Shown here one piece after another: positions 48,881 to 58,629 of a stretch of 61,355 nucleotides of DNA. The translations under genes were made by a program, and so were the position numbers. Under the pieces are notes generated by a model. The model ran no database searches. It was not told the origin of the DNA and saw only the letters and a list, made by a program, of their open reading frames with translations. Numbering within the stretch: the first letter of the stretch is position 1; the number at the start of each line of letters is the position of its first letter. The stretch comes from a candidate division WOR-3 bacterium (GTDB lineage: Bacteria; Hydrothermota; Hydrothermia; WGAB01), in contig WFXO01000006.1 of NCBI GenBank assembly GCA_015490555.1, positions 1-61,355 of the forward strand, in the 5' to 3' direction.

Positions 48881-51070
48881 ATGGTAGGAGGTCGTCTCTA
48901 TCCATTAAAGTCTTTGGTGATTGTCTGTGTCCTCTTTGGAATCGGGTGGGGACAGTATGTCTTTCTCGATGGCGAGTTTTTACGGGATATCTCTCCGATC
49001 CGAAAGATCGTCCTTTCGCCAACCTTTGAGACCGACAGTGTGATCGCCGTGGCCGGTGAAGACGGCTGGATGCTGACAAAATTGCCCCATGGCCCATTGG
49101 AAACTTTTTATACCGGGGAACCGGTCCAGGACCTTGTCTTTGAGGGTCAGCGTCTCCTCCTTTTGACCGCATCTTCCTTACAGATGTTCCGGATTGACGA
49201 GGATGCAGCCCATTGGGTGGTGTCTCGAATCGATTCTATGTCTTACGGTGGGATTCGTCTGATCCCCTTCAGACCCTTCACCGCCCCAGATCTCCCTCCT
49301 GCGTATCTTTTAGCCCGAGGGCAAAATGGAACGGATCTCCTGGTTTGGGATACCACTGCAGGATTTGTCGTAGACAACCATTATGATTTTCCGACGTTTG
49401 ATCTTGCACTCTACAGGGGCGATCTCGTAGTCGCAGCTGGCGAGCAAGGCACTTATCTTGTGGACCCTCAGCCTTCTGGAGGAGCAATTATTGGTCATAT
49501 CGCCCCTTCTTATACTCTTCCCAATCATCAGAAGGTCCACGTCCTCCAGCATTACGCATTGATCACGGGGATAGACATCCATCCACCTTTTTACCCCTTA
49601 CAGGCATTTGACATCCAGGAACCTGAGTCCCCGCACCTTGTCATGACATTCCCGACCTTCCAACTTTCATGGCCGATCATCTCTAAAATTGACTCCTTTT
49701 TCTGTGTGGTTGGCAGTGCTCAAGAGCCAAATGCGACATTTGCGTTTCGGCTATACCGGATCACAGGAGGTGATTCGATCGTCCAGGTCTATGAGACACC
49801 GATTTCCCCGGTAACCACCGCCATCCTTCGTTCGCCCACACAAGTGATATGGAGTGACAACAGGACGGTCTACTTCGGGAAACCGGGACGACCTGGCCAC
49901 CGCTGGTTCGCGGTTCCTCAATCCATTCAACATGTCCAAGGGGTTTCGGGAGGCATCCTGGCCATGGATGTGAACGGCCAACTTTATTACGGTGCAACCT
50001 ATACCACGTGGGGCCCCTACCCGACGTTGTCCAGTTTCACAAAGAGTGTGATACACCTCCCTGAGCCCCCCGTCTCAGTAACCCCCCTCCGGACATCGAT
50101 AGGCAATGGATTTCTCCTTTTAGACGCGGAAGGTGGCTTAAATCTGTATGCCATCCTGAACTCTCAGGAATTGCAATGGGTCTCCCGTCCTTTTGACTTT
50201 CCACAAGCGTACGGGCCAATCGCAGGGGATACTGAAGGACGCGCATATCTTGCAACGGATGGCCATACCGTCACGGTGATGAGCCTCTGGGAAATAGAAC
50301 AACCAGAGATTTTAGCAACGGTGACCTTTTCGGATAGTATTGTCGCACTGGCCGGTATCCAGACTTTTTTGGGCGTTGGTTTTGCAAATGGAACCATCAA
50401 AGTCTTCTCCTGGACGGACCCTTCCTCCCCTCAACCCCTTTTGGTTGTGCAAAAGAATGCCCATATCCTGGACATCGATTACCACTTCGATGGCTACAAC
50501 GCACCCTATGGAAATGCATTGGCTGTGCTCTTCGATGACGCTTCAGTTTTATGGATTGGACAGCGTTACAATGGGGAAATCGATACCTTTTCCTTTACCT
50601 TTCCTGTTCAGCCGATCGCTTGTTCCTATGGAAACGATTGGATCGGGGCGGCCGCCGGTGAAGCAGGCTATTACATGTCCTGGTGGGGCGAGGATTGGTT
50701 TTACCCGGCACACGGGAACGCATTAGACGTCGATATCCAAGGGGTACAAAGTTATGTAGCAATGGGTCCTTTTGGAGTGGCTTCTCTGACAGGCATTGTG
50801 AAGAGCCAGGAAGAAGATTTTCAGAGTCCTGGATCGATTCGCCTGGCATCTCCGATCGTCCGAAGTCAGGTGATTCTTCAGGGGGATCTTGAACCCGGTG
50901 TCATTGAAATCTTTGATGTCGCAGGCCGGCGGATGATCCAGTGGACCCTCACAAGACCTCAATCCTCTGTCACCATTCGAATTGCCTCCTGGCCCACCGG
51001 GGTCTATTTGCTCCGATATTCCGGCCATCACTCACCCCCGATCACCCAGAAATTCCTCAAAATCCAGTAA
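48881..51070 (+). CDS. Secreted beta-propeller (LVIVD-like repeat) protein with T9SS-type C-terminal domain
   Basis: Signal peptide; VAAGEQG, FDIQEPESP, WTDPSSP, AAAGEAG, YVAMG repeats; IFDVAGR...PTGVYLL...QKFLKIQ C-terminus. Confidence 0.75.
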   Translation: MVGGRLYPLKSLVIVCVLFGIGWGQYVFLDGEFLRDISPIRKIVLSPTFETDSVIAVAGEDGWMLTKLPHGPLETFYTGEPVQDLVFEGQRLLLLTASSLQMFRIDEDAAHWVVSRIDSMSYGGIRLIPFRPFTAPDLPPAYLLARGQNGTDLLVWDTTAGFVVDNHYDFPTFDLALYRGDLVVAAGEQGTYLVDPQPSGGAIIGHIAPSYTLPNHQKVHVLQHYALITGIDIHPPFYPLQAFDIQEPESPHLVMTFPTFQLSWPIISKIDSFFCVVGSAQEPNATFAFRLYRITGGDSIVQVYETPISPVTTAILRSPTQVIWSDNRTVYFGKPGRPGHRWFAVPQSIQHVQGVSGGILAMDVNGQLYYGATYTTWGPYPTLSSFTKSVIHLPEPPVSVTPLRTSIGNGFLLLDAEGGLNLYAILNSQELQWVSRPFDFPQAYGPIAGDTEGRAYLATDGHTVTVMSLWEIEQPEILATVTFSDSIVALAGIQTFLGVGFANGTIKVFSWTDPSSPQPLLVVQKNAHILDIDYHFDGYNAPYGNALAVLFDDASVLWIGQRYNGEIDTFSFTFPVQPIACSYGNDWIGAAAGEAGYYMSWWGEDWFYPAHGNALDVDIQGVQSYVAMGPFGVASLTGIVKSQEEDFQSPGSIRLASPIVRSQVILQGDLEPGVIEIFDVAGRRMIQWTLTRPQSSVTIRIASWPTGVYLLRYSGHHSPPITQKFLKIQ

Positions 51071-51119
51071 CCTCGCTGGCCCCTCAAAACGCTTCCTGCC
51101 TCAAGGAGAGGTTGCCTTT

Positions 51120-51149
51120 TTGCCAGGGGAAAGAGGGTCCCCTTATACT
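51120..51149 (+). promoter_or_regulatory. Putative promoter, leaderless spacing
   Basis: TTGCCA-18 bp-TATACT, 8 nt before ATG 51158, no SD. Confidence 0.55.
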
Positions 51150-51157
51150 TTGAGCCC

Positions 51158-52228
51158 ATGGCTGGCGAATTGAAACTCCAAGTTTTTGAAGACCCGCCGT
51201 GTTTCTTTGACCTCCAGGAACCCTGGCTCCGCTTACTTCAAACCCTGGAGGGGCATCCCTTTTTGACCCCACAGTGGATGGGCATTTCCTTTATGTACTT
51301 TTTCCGAGAGGGGGATCTTCGGCTTTATGCCCTTTATGACGATGATACCCTGGTCGGACTGTTCCCCTTAGCGGTTCATCCGTGGGACCAGGTCCTCCGT
51401 GCCACGACCACCGCCCCTTACCACGTCACAGACTATGTAGACGTGATTGTCAGCCAAAAGTATCGCAAGGCCTTCATCGAACGGGTGTTCCACGACCTGC
51501 GAGGCATTGCTTTAGACCGACCGTTGGTCTTAGACCTGCCTGGGATCCCTGGGACTTCCCCGACCCTCTGGACCCTCCAGCAGTTTGCTGAAGCCGAAGA
51601 AATTCCGTTTCAACGATTCGAACTCACCCGAGCGCCTGTCCTCCGACTTCCCAAAACCTTCGAGGCCTACCTGGTGAGTCTCAAATCCAAGGACCGGCAT
51701 GAGATCCGGCGGAAAGTCTCCCGGGCCCATCGAATGGCGGAACTCGAGATAGAGGTCCTGAGCCAGCCCCAGGACATTGCTGAAGGCATGGAGGACTTCT
51801 TTGCGCTGTTTGCCCTGTCCTGTGAAGAGAAAAAACGGTTCCTGACACCGGAAATTCAGGCGTTCTTCGCGGAAGTTTTCCCCACCATGGCCCACCAGGG
51901 CTGGGTTCGACTCTACTTCCTCCAGGCCAATGGCCGGCGGGTCTCGACCTTCCTGGTCTTTGATTACGGCCCGACCTTCTATCTGTACAACTCCGGGTTT
52001 GACCCGGAATACGCTGCTCTTTCTCCCGGCATCGTCTTGTTGACCCGCATCATTGAAGATGCCATTGAGCAGGGGAAAGCCTATCTCGACTTCCTTCGAG
52101 GCCAGGAGATGTACAAGTACCGGATGGGCGCCAAAGATGTGATCGTGTATCGGGCGGTTTTAGGGAGCGTCGTGCCCAAAGATCCAGACCTGGAGCCGGA
52201 TATCCAATGCTCCGAATCGTTCACGTAA
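51158..52228 (+). CDS. GNAT-family acyltransferase (CelD/BcsL-like, Acetyltransf_6)
   Basis: PFLTP.W, TDY.D, LP.TFE.YL..L..K.R.E.RRK, YNSGFDPEY..LSPG, DFLRG.E.YKY. Confidence 0.85.
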   Translation: MAGELKLQVFEDPPCFFDLQEPWLRLLQTLEGHPFLTPQWMGISFMYFFREGDLRLYALYDDDTLVGLFPLAVHPWDQVLRATTTAPYHVTDYVDVIVSQKYRKAFIERVFHDLRGIALDRPLVLDLPGIPGTSPTLWTLQQFAEAEEIPFQRFELTRAPVLRLPKTFEAYLVSLKSKDRHEIRRKVSRAHRMAELEIEVLSQPQDIAEGMEDFFALFALSCEEKKRFLTPEIQAFFAEVFPTMAHQGWVRLYFLQANGRRVSTFLVFDYGPTFYLYNSGFDPEYAALSPGIVLLTRIIEDAIEQGKAYLDFLRGQEMYKYRMGAKDVIVYRAVLGSVVPKDPDLEPDIQCSESFT

Positions 52229-53373
52229 GTTACCACACAAACCCTCTGGAGCAACCCGGCAGTGTTCGGGCGGGAGGGATGAACATCGCCCTTCACCACC
52301 TCTCTCGAGAGATGGCTCAGCAAGGACATCGCATCGCAGTCGTCTCCTCCACACCGGCTTCCACCAGTAAAACCTGTGACTGTGGAGGCTATGAAATCTA
52401 CGTGTTCCCGAGGACGCATTTCAAGGAGCAGTTCGCGTCCTTTTTGGCATCCTTTGCTCCCGATATCCTTCACATCCACTACTGGGAGTCTGGCGTTCAG
52501 TGCTTGCCATGGTTGGGGCAATTCCCCATGGTGATGTCGTTCCACACGCTTGGCCGCGCAAAGGCTCAGGCCGGCGTCCCCTTAGACCCGACCCGGGATC
52601 GGTATGAAGAACTCCTGGTCCACCTCACAGACCTCATTGTTGCCCTGTCTGCCTGCGAAAGGGAGGACCTTCTGACCCTCTATGGGGCAGAACCCGATCG
52701 GGTCATGACCATCCACTATGGGGTCGATCTGGAACGGTTTCGTCCTCTGCCTCCCCGGGAATGCCTGCAGCGCATCGGACTCGATCGGCCATATCTCCTC
52801 TTTGTGGGCCGTTTCGTGCCGGAAAAGGGGCTCGCAATCCTCCTCCAAGCCCTCGCCATGCTGGACCTTGCCATCCCTCTGGTTGTTGTCGGGGGAACAA
52901 CTTCGGAGATTAACCAATTCCGGGATCAACATCGATCCCTCCTCGCCGTTCTCGGGGATCGGGTCCGGTTCATGGGGATGCAACCCCCGGAGGTGATGCC
53001 GTGGTTCTACGGTGGGGCGGTGGCCGTCGTGATTCCCTCCCTTTATGAATCTTTTGGGTTGGTTGCCCTGGAAAGCATGGCCTGTGGCATCCCGATTATC
53101 GCCTCCAATACCGGGGGCTTGAGGGGAATCGTTCAAGACGGCACGACCGGCCGGCTCTTTCCACCGGGGGATACTGCGGCACTGGCAAAGGCCATCCAGG
53201 AGGTGTGGCACTCTCCGGACAAGCGTCGGGGATGGGCACAAGCGGCATTCCAACGCGCGAAAGAATTTCCCTGGTCGAAATCAGCGGCGCTCCATCTGGA
53301 AGCCTATCAGATGGTGCTTCAGGGGGAACTCCCATGTCCATCCACGGCACAACCGTGTGAAGCCCGCCGGTAG
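52207..53373 (+). CDS. GT4 glycosyltransferase, MshA-like
   Basis: HTNPLEQPGSVRAGGMN (cf. MshA HTSPL.QPG.GDAGGMN), HYW.SG, FHTLG..K, ESFGLVALE. Confidence 0.85.
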   Translation: MLRIVHVSYHTNPLEQPGSVRAGGMNIALHHLSREMAQQGHRIAVVSSTPASTSKTCDCGGYEIYVFPRTHFKEQFASFLASFAPDILHIHYWESGVQCLPWLGQFPMVMSFHTLGRAKAQAGVPLDPTRDRYEELLVHLTDLIVALSACEREDLLTLYGAEPDRVMTIHYGVDLERFRPLPPRECLQRIGLDRPYLLFVGRFVPEKGLAILLQALAMLDLAIPLVVVGGTTSEINQFRDQHRSLLAVLGDRVRFMGMQPPEVMPWFYGGAVAVVIPSLYESFGLVALESMACGIPIIASNTGGLRGIVQDGTTGRLFPPGDTAALAKAIQEVWHSPDKRRGWAQAAFQRAKEFPWSKSAALHLEAYQMVLQGELPCPSTAQPCEARR

Positions 53374-53383
53374 ATTGCTTGTG

Positions 53384-54724
53384 CTATCGCCCCAGCCCCT
53401 TCCGTTCCCGCCAGAAGTCTTCCAGGGCCAAATAGGTTCGGACCTTCCAACTTAACAGGAGCCGTAAAGGCTCTGGGGGCCAGGCCAACCCTTTCCGATT
53501 GACGAACCACAGATCGGTCAGTCCCGTCTTACGGTCCAGGGCTAAATCCGCCAAGATCCGTCCATTGCTGGGCATCAGGGAGACTCCATGACCGATGCAC
53601 CCCACATTGTAGATCACCCGTGGATCTTTGGCGTACCCCACCGCGGGGACCATATCCAGGGTCACAGAAAAGGGGCCACCCCATTGGTAAGACACCCGAA
53701 CCTCCCGGAGTTGTGGGAAAAGGGTCTTGAGAAAGGTCTCCAGGTGGCGGAAGACCTTGGGATTCCGATCGTAGTTCATGTTCCCGCCGAACCCGATCCC
53801 GACGGGTCCACCTCCCATCAACAGTCGGCCATCTGGCGAAGGGCGGAAATAGTGAATCAAGTTTCGAGCGTCTTCGATGCCCATGCGTTTTGACCACCCC
53901 ACGGCCTCCCATTGGGCGTCGGTCAGCGGATCCGTGGCGACCATGTACGTCCAGGCTGGGATTTGTCGCCGTCGGATCCAGGGGAAAAGATGGGACCATG
54001 CGTTGGTTGCAAAAATCACTCGATCGGCTTGTACCCGTCCATAAGGCGTTTGGAGTTCGATCTTTTTGCCGACCTTATTCACCGAGAGGACCGGGGTCCG
54101 TTCGTAGATTCGGGCTCCTTGCTCCTTCGCAATCCGTTTTAGTTCCCGGACGAGTTTCGCAGGGTGAACCAGGGCACACCGAGGCTCCCACCATCCCCCC
54201 AGGAAAACTTCAGAATGGACCTCGTCCTGCACACGGCCACGATCCCACCACTCAACGCCGGTGAACCCAATCCGCTCCGCAAGGTCCAACTCTTTCTGGA
54301 TATGACGGACATAACTCTCCGTCGTCGCGACGCGAAGGAACCCACTGCGTTCGTAATCACATTGCAAGTTGTGTTCCCGGACCAATCGATCTAAGTATTC
54401 CACGGCATCCACCATGTAGGCATAGGCTTCTCGAGTCTTTTCTTCGCCGTGGAGCATATGGGTCACGCTGAGGGAAACACCGAAGACGGTCATGGAGAAG
54501 CCACCGTTTCGGCCGCTCGCGCCGTAGCCTACCACTTGGGCTTCGAGGACTGCGACCTCGGCACCCGGATCCAGTTTCTTGATATGGTAGGCGGCGGAGT
54601 TTCCGGCGAACCCACCCCCGACAATGGCGATGTCTACCGTGAGGTCCCCCTCCAGATGCGGCTCTTCCGTATACTCCGTGGTAGCGAGCCAAAAAGACTT
54701 GCTTCGATAGTCTTCCAGCACCAT
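53384..54724 (-). CDS. FAD-dependent oxidoreductase, DAO family (PuuB-like)
   Basis: SFW N-terminus, [29 protein letters not shown]...DGRL, W.G, GHGV. Confidence 0.85.
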   Translation of the reverse strand: MVLEDYRSKSFWLATTEYTEEPHLEGDLTVDIAIVGGGFAGNSAAYHIKKLDPGAEVAVLEAQVVGYGASGRNGGFSMTVFGVSLSVTHMLHGEEKTREAYAYMVDAVEYLDRLVREHNLQCDYERSGFLRVATTESYVRHIQKELDLAERIGFTGVEWWDRGRVQDEVHSEVFLGGWWEPRCALVHPAKLVRELKRIAKEQGARIYERTPVLSVNKVGKKIELQTPYGRVQADRVIFATNAWSHLFPWIRRRQIPAWTYMVATDPLTDAQWEAVGWSKRMGIEDARNLIHYFRPSPDGRLLMGGGPVGIGFGGNMNYDRNPKVFRHLETFLKTLFPQLREVRVSYQWGGPFSVTLDMVPAVGYAKDPRVIYNVGCIGHGVSLMPSNGRILADLALDRKTGLTDLWFVNRKGLAWPPEPLRLLLSWKVRTYLALEDFWRERKGLGR

Positions 54725-54783
54725 TAGAACACACCTCCTTTCCGGGGTTCACCCGGCCTTTTGGCTCGACGCAGCCGAACCTT

Positions 54784-55818
54784 TTAAGAAATCTCGACTT
54801 CTCTCAAGTACTTTGCCGCGTCTTCTGGAGGTGTGGGATTGATGTGAAGACCGGCTCCCCACTCAAAGCCCGCGATCTTGGTCACCCGTGGAATGATCTC
54901 AATGTGCCAGTGGTAATCGTACTCAATGGTCTCCCAGTAGTGCCGTCTCGCCGGACGAGAGTGGGGGGTTGGAGCGGTATGGAGAATCAAGTTATACGGT
55001 GGATCGTCTAAAGCCGTCTTTAGGCGGCGGAGGGTCTCCCCCAGGACCCGGCCCAGGACCCGGAGATCTTCATCGCTGAGTTGTGTGAAATCATGGAGAT
55101 GGCGCTTCGGGAAGATCCAGGTCTCAAAGGGGAACGACGACGCGAAGGGTTCCCACACAACATAGGCCTCGTTCTCGGCCACCACCCGATCCTTAAGCAG
55201 GAGTTCCTGCTTGATTAAATCACAGAAGATACAGCGTTCCTTCTGTTCGAAGTGTTGCTTGGCACATTTAAGTTCGGAGACCACGACAGGGGGGATGATC
55301 GGGGTCGCGATTAACTGGCTGTGGGGATGCGCCAGGGACGCACCGGCCTCCGCTCCATGGTTTCGGAAAAAGAGGATGTAGCGGAATCGCTCATCTTTGC
55401 GAAGGTCCAGCATGCGTTCCCGAACCGCAATCAAAACCGCCTGGAGTTCCTCCTCACTCAGAGCGTCCATGTGTCGGTGGTGGTCCGGGGTTTCAATGAT
55501 AACTTCGTGGGCGCCGATCCCTGTCGTCACATCAAAAATCCCGATTCCCTCGCGTTTCAGTTCTCCCTCGATCCGGAGGGCGGGATACTTATTGGGGACC
55601 ACGCGAACCTTCCATCCCGGTGTATCCGGCTCACGCGGGGCATCTGCAATGGCAAACACCTCGGGAGGGGTCATCTTCTCGTTCCCGGTGCAAAAGGGAC
55701 AATTGTTCGATGGCTTGGGCTCTTGCCGTTTCCGAATATAGTCCTGGGGCCTCAAACTCCGTTCTGATGCAATCACCACCCATCGAGGTCGGATGGGATC
55801 ATAACGTAATTCCGGCAT
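54784..55818 (-). CDS. galT: Galactose-1-phosphate uridylyltransferase (GalT/HIT family)
   Basis: CPFC.GNE, NKYPAL, GAHEVIIE, GASL.HPHSQ, CIFC, HWHIEI.PR, AGFE. Confidence 0.88.
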   Translation of the reverse strand: MPELRYDPIRPRWVVIASERSLRPQDYIRKRQEPKPSNNCPFCTGNEKMTPPEVFAIADAPREPDTPGWKVRVVPNKYPALRIEGELKREGIGIFDVTTGIGAHEVIIETPDHHRHMDALSEEELQAVLIAVRERMLDLRKDERFRYILFFRNHGAEAGASLAHPHSQLIATPIIPPVVVSELKCAKQHFEQKERCIFCDLIKQELLLKDRVVAENEAYVVWEPFASSFPFETWIFPKRHLHDFTQLSDEDLRVLGRVLGETLRRLKTALDDPPYNLILHTAPTPHSRPARRHYWETIEYDYHWHIEIIPRVTKIAGFEWGAGLHINPTPPEDAAKYLREVEIS

Positions 55819-57928
55819 GCTGGTTATCCTCCTTTGGTTGGATTTGCAACCTCACCTCGCGTGTCCATTCCCCCTCCTGTGGCAGGAACATGAGGAAAAG
55901 GGCATGACCTTGGTAAATCAAGTCCACCCCCTTTTCCGATTGGGAAACCGTATAAAATGGAAACAAAATCACTCGATCTGCGTGTTCAAAAGAAAGCGTC
56001 CACCCCAGGCCCGATGCATCATAAAAAACCAGTTCGGAGAGATCTTTAAGGATCGCTCGCCGATGGAAGGGGATCCGAGACGATCCCGCCTGGATCCAAC
56101 CGGACGTGGCAGAGGGAAAGATCCAGTTGATCTCCACCGCAAAATATGCTGCTCTTGGAAGCGTGCCCTGGAGTTGATAAAGCGTTCGGAACTCGGTGGA
56201 AGACCGTACCTCGTAGGTCTTTTCGATCCGAAAGCGAGCGCCTCGAATCTCGGCATCGATAGAGAAGGTAATTGATAACCCTGCAAGATCCACAGCATAC
56301 CGTTGTTGAGCCAAAGGAACCCAGTCCGGGAGGTTACCCCGATGGAGTTGCTTCAATGAAACACCTTTGGGGAGCAGATGATCTACGAACGAAACACGTG
56401 GAGCCTTGTCAAAGTAAAGTTCACGCCGAGCCTTTTTGGGGATGTGTTTCTGAACCTCATGGATGGAAGCAACGCCGTGGACGGGCTCTTCCGATGGCAG
56501 TGCAGGCTCCGCGTGTAGCCACAAGTCGTGATAGTGTTCCCGATGGCGAGCCAAGGTGTTTTGAAAGTTATACCGGGCGGGCCACCAGGAGAGTTCTTCA
56601 ATGACTCCACCCCTTTCATCGGCCATCACGGACCAATGGGGCCCCTTCCAGAGGTACTCCCGGGAGCCATCCCGGTCGAGATCCAGGACTTGTTCCCAGG
56701 ATTCCGTCCCAATGCCTCTCTGTGCCAGTCGTTTCCAGTGAGATTCAGTGGCCTCAATGAGTTCACGATAAATGGCGTGTCGAAGATGTGGTAAATAGAT
56801 CCCCCCGAAGACGCCATGCCAGTAAGCGTCGTTACATTGAGCGCGAAGGACATGAGCCATCGCGGGGTCGTCTGTCCATTGGGGAGGATGTGAACCAGGC
56901 TCAGGGTGGGTCTCGCGAATCCAGTTTCGGGTCCAGAGCATCCGGCCAAACATTCGGGCGGACTCCGGATATTTCACGAGAAAGTTCTTCCAAATGCCCC
57001 CACGGAGAAAAGGCTGGATGGTCGGCCAATCAGAATGTTGTTCTAAGGTTTGGACGACCTGTACAAACCGGCGAGCCGCCTCGGCGGGCAAGGCCCACTC
57101 ATTCATTTCGAAGTAAGAGGCGGAAGGTAGGTACACTGTCCCTTCCGCGGGATGGGTGTCCAGGTACGCTCCAAAGGTCATAGGCTGGAGCCAATCCGTT
57201 TCCAGGACCCGTTCAATAAATCGGCGGAGCCACTGTTTCTGGTAGACCCAAGTGTAGGTCTTGGGCCAGAGGCCGAACTTCTCGCCGTCATCAAAGACGA
57301 TGGCAGCCCGGCCACCCAGGTCCCGGATCTGATCCAGGTACGCAAAGAGATCATTCAGAGGCCTGAACGGGATCAGGTACCGGAGGGTTTGATCAATAGG
57401 GAAAACGGCCAGCGATTGGGCCTCTATCGGGTGGTGCCAGTAGCCGTGGAGTTTGTGTTTGGGGATGCCCACTTGCAAGAAGTGGGCATCGTCGACTACG
57501 AAATACCGAATCCCTGCCGAGACGAGTTCTGGCAAAATTTCCGCTTCGAACACCCGTTCGGTAAGCCAGAGGCCCTGAGCAGGGACACCCAACCAGTGTT
57601 GATGGAGGGCTTGGGCCTTTTGAAGTTGGAGGAGACGATCTTCCCGTGGCAGTGCTGCCAAGACCGGCTCGGCATAGCCACTGATCACCACCTCCGCCTG
57701 ACCTCGTTCGACTTGCTCACGAATGAGCGAAAGAAATTCCGGATGATGCTCGCTCAAAAATTCGAGAAGAGGCCCTGAAAAGTGATAGGTCACGGAAAAT
57801 TCAGGATACTCGTGAACGATTTCGACGAAAGGTCGGTAAGCCCGTTGATACGCGCGTTCGAAGACATCCAGGAAGTTCCCCAGGGGTTGATGGTTATGGA
57901 CCCCGAAAAGCAACTTCAGAGGTCTCAA
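55799..57928 (-). CDS. GH57 alpha-amylase/4-alpha-glucanotransferase
   Basis: HNHQP, WLTERV (nucleophile Glu), LRY.IPF, DDGEKFG.WP (acid/base Asp), QCNDAYWHGVFGG, SQSE.G...YQG. Confidence 0.93.
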   Translation of the reverse strand: MRPLKLLFGVHNHQPLGNFLDVFERAYQRAYRPFVEIVHEYPEFSVTYHFSGPLLEFLSEHHPEFLSLIREQVERGQAEVVISGYAEPVLAALPREDRLLQLQKAQALHQHWLGVPAQGLWLTERVFEAEILPELVSAGIRYFVVDDAHFLQVGIPKHKLHGYWHHPIEAQSLAVFPIDQTLRYLIPFRPLNDLFAYLDQIRDLGGRAAIVFDDGEKFGLWPKTYTWVYQKQWLRRFIERVLETDWLQPMTFGAYLDTHPAEGTVYLPSASYFEMNEWALPAEAARRFVQVVQTLEQHSDWPTIQPFLRGGIWKNFLVKYPESARMFGRMLWTRNWIRETHPEPGSHPPQWTDDPAMAHVLRAQCNDAYWHGVFGGIYLPHLRHAIYRELIEATESHWKRLAQRGIGTESWEQVLDLDRDGSREYLWKGPHWSVMADERGGVIEELSWWPARYNFQNTLARHREHYHDLWLHAEPALPSEEPVHGVASIHEVQKHIPKKARRELYFDKAPRVSFVDHLLPKGVSLKQLHRGNLPDWVPLAQQRYAVDLAGLSITFSIDAEIRGARFRIEKTYEVRSSTEFRTLYQLQGTLPRAAYFAVEINWIFPSATSGWIQAGSSRIPFHRRAILKDLSELVFYDASGLGWTLSFEHADRVILFPFYTVSQSEKGVDLIYQGHALFLMFLPQEGEWTREVRLQIQPKEDNQHAGITL

Positions 57929-58629
57929 AGGATGGCCTCCCTCCGCTTCTCGAATTCCTCCTGGGCACGGCGCCAGTCCTCTTCCCGTCCGATATCCAAC
58001 CAGAACCCTTCGTAGAGGAATGCCTGTACCGGTTCACGGGCCCTTAAGAGCGTCCAGACTAAGTCCGGAAGATCGAATTTTTTCCCCTCTGGAATGAAGG
58101 CAAACACCTGTGGGCTCATTGCATAGATGCCCATGGAAACAGGATACCGGAGGACTGGTTTCTCCTGGAATCCGGTCACTTTGTTTCCCTCCAGTTCGAG
58201 GACGCCGAAATCTACCGACACCTCCCGATGGGTCACCGCCAAGGTGAGGACCGCACCGGAAGCGACGTGAGCATCCATCACTTTAGAAAAGTCTAAATCT
58301 GTCAGGATGTCCCCATTGACCACCAGAAACGGTTCACTTTGGAGTTCTTTTCGTAAAAGGGCCAGCGGCCCGACGGTGCCCAAGGGCTCTTCTTCCATCG
58401 AGTACTGGATTCGGACCCCCCATTTCTTGCCTCCCTGGAAGTAGGCTTCAATAAGACCTGCCAAGTGCCCTACGGCAAAGTACAAATCTGTGAAGCCCGA
58501 GCGTTTAAGTTGTCGGATCAAGATTTCCACCACCGGATACTCCCCAACTGGCATGAGGGGTTTCGGTAACAGGGTGGTATAAGGTTCCAGGCGGCGGCCT
58601 TTACCGCCAGCGAGGATGACGGCTTTCAA
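57925..58629 (-). CDS. Sugar-1-phosphate nucleotidyltransferase
   Basis: AVILAGG.G.RL.P.T..PKPL, EPLGT.G, NGD, EKP, WLDIGR; TTG start after GGAGG. Confidence 0.9.
   Translation of the reverse strand: MKAVILAGGKGRRLEPYTTLLPKPLMPVGEYPVVEILIRQLKRSGFTDLYFAVGHLAGLIEAYFQGGKKWGVRIQYSMEEEPLGTVGPLALLRKELQSEPFLVVNGDILTDLDFSKVMDAHVASGAVLTLAVTHREVSVDFGVLELEGNKVTGFQEKPVLRYPVSMGIYAMSPQVFAFIPEGKKFDLPDLVWTLLRAREPVQAFLYEGFWLDIGREEDWRRAQEEFEKRREAIL

Noticed and set aside
22258-54724. GCS2 ligase plus PuuB-like oxidase as a gamma-glutamyl polyamine pathway
   Set aside because: The genes are 30 kb apart, and PuuA belongs to the glutamine synthetase family; no linkage evidence.
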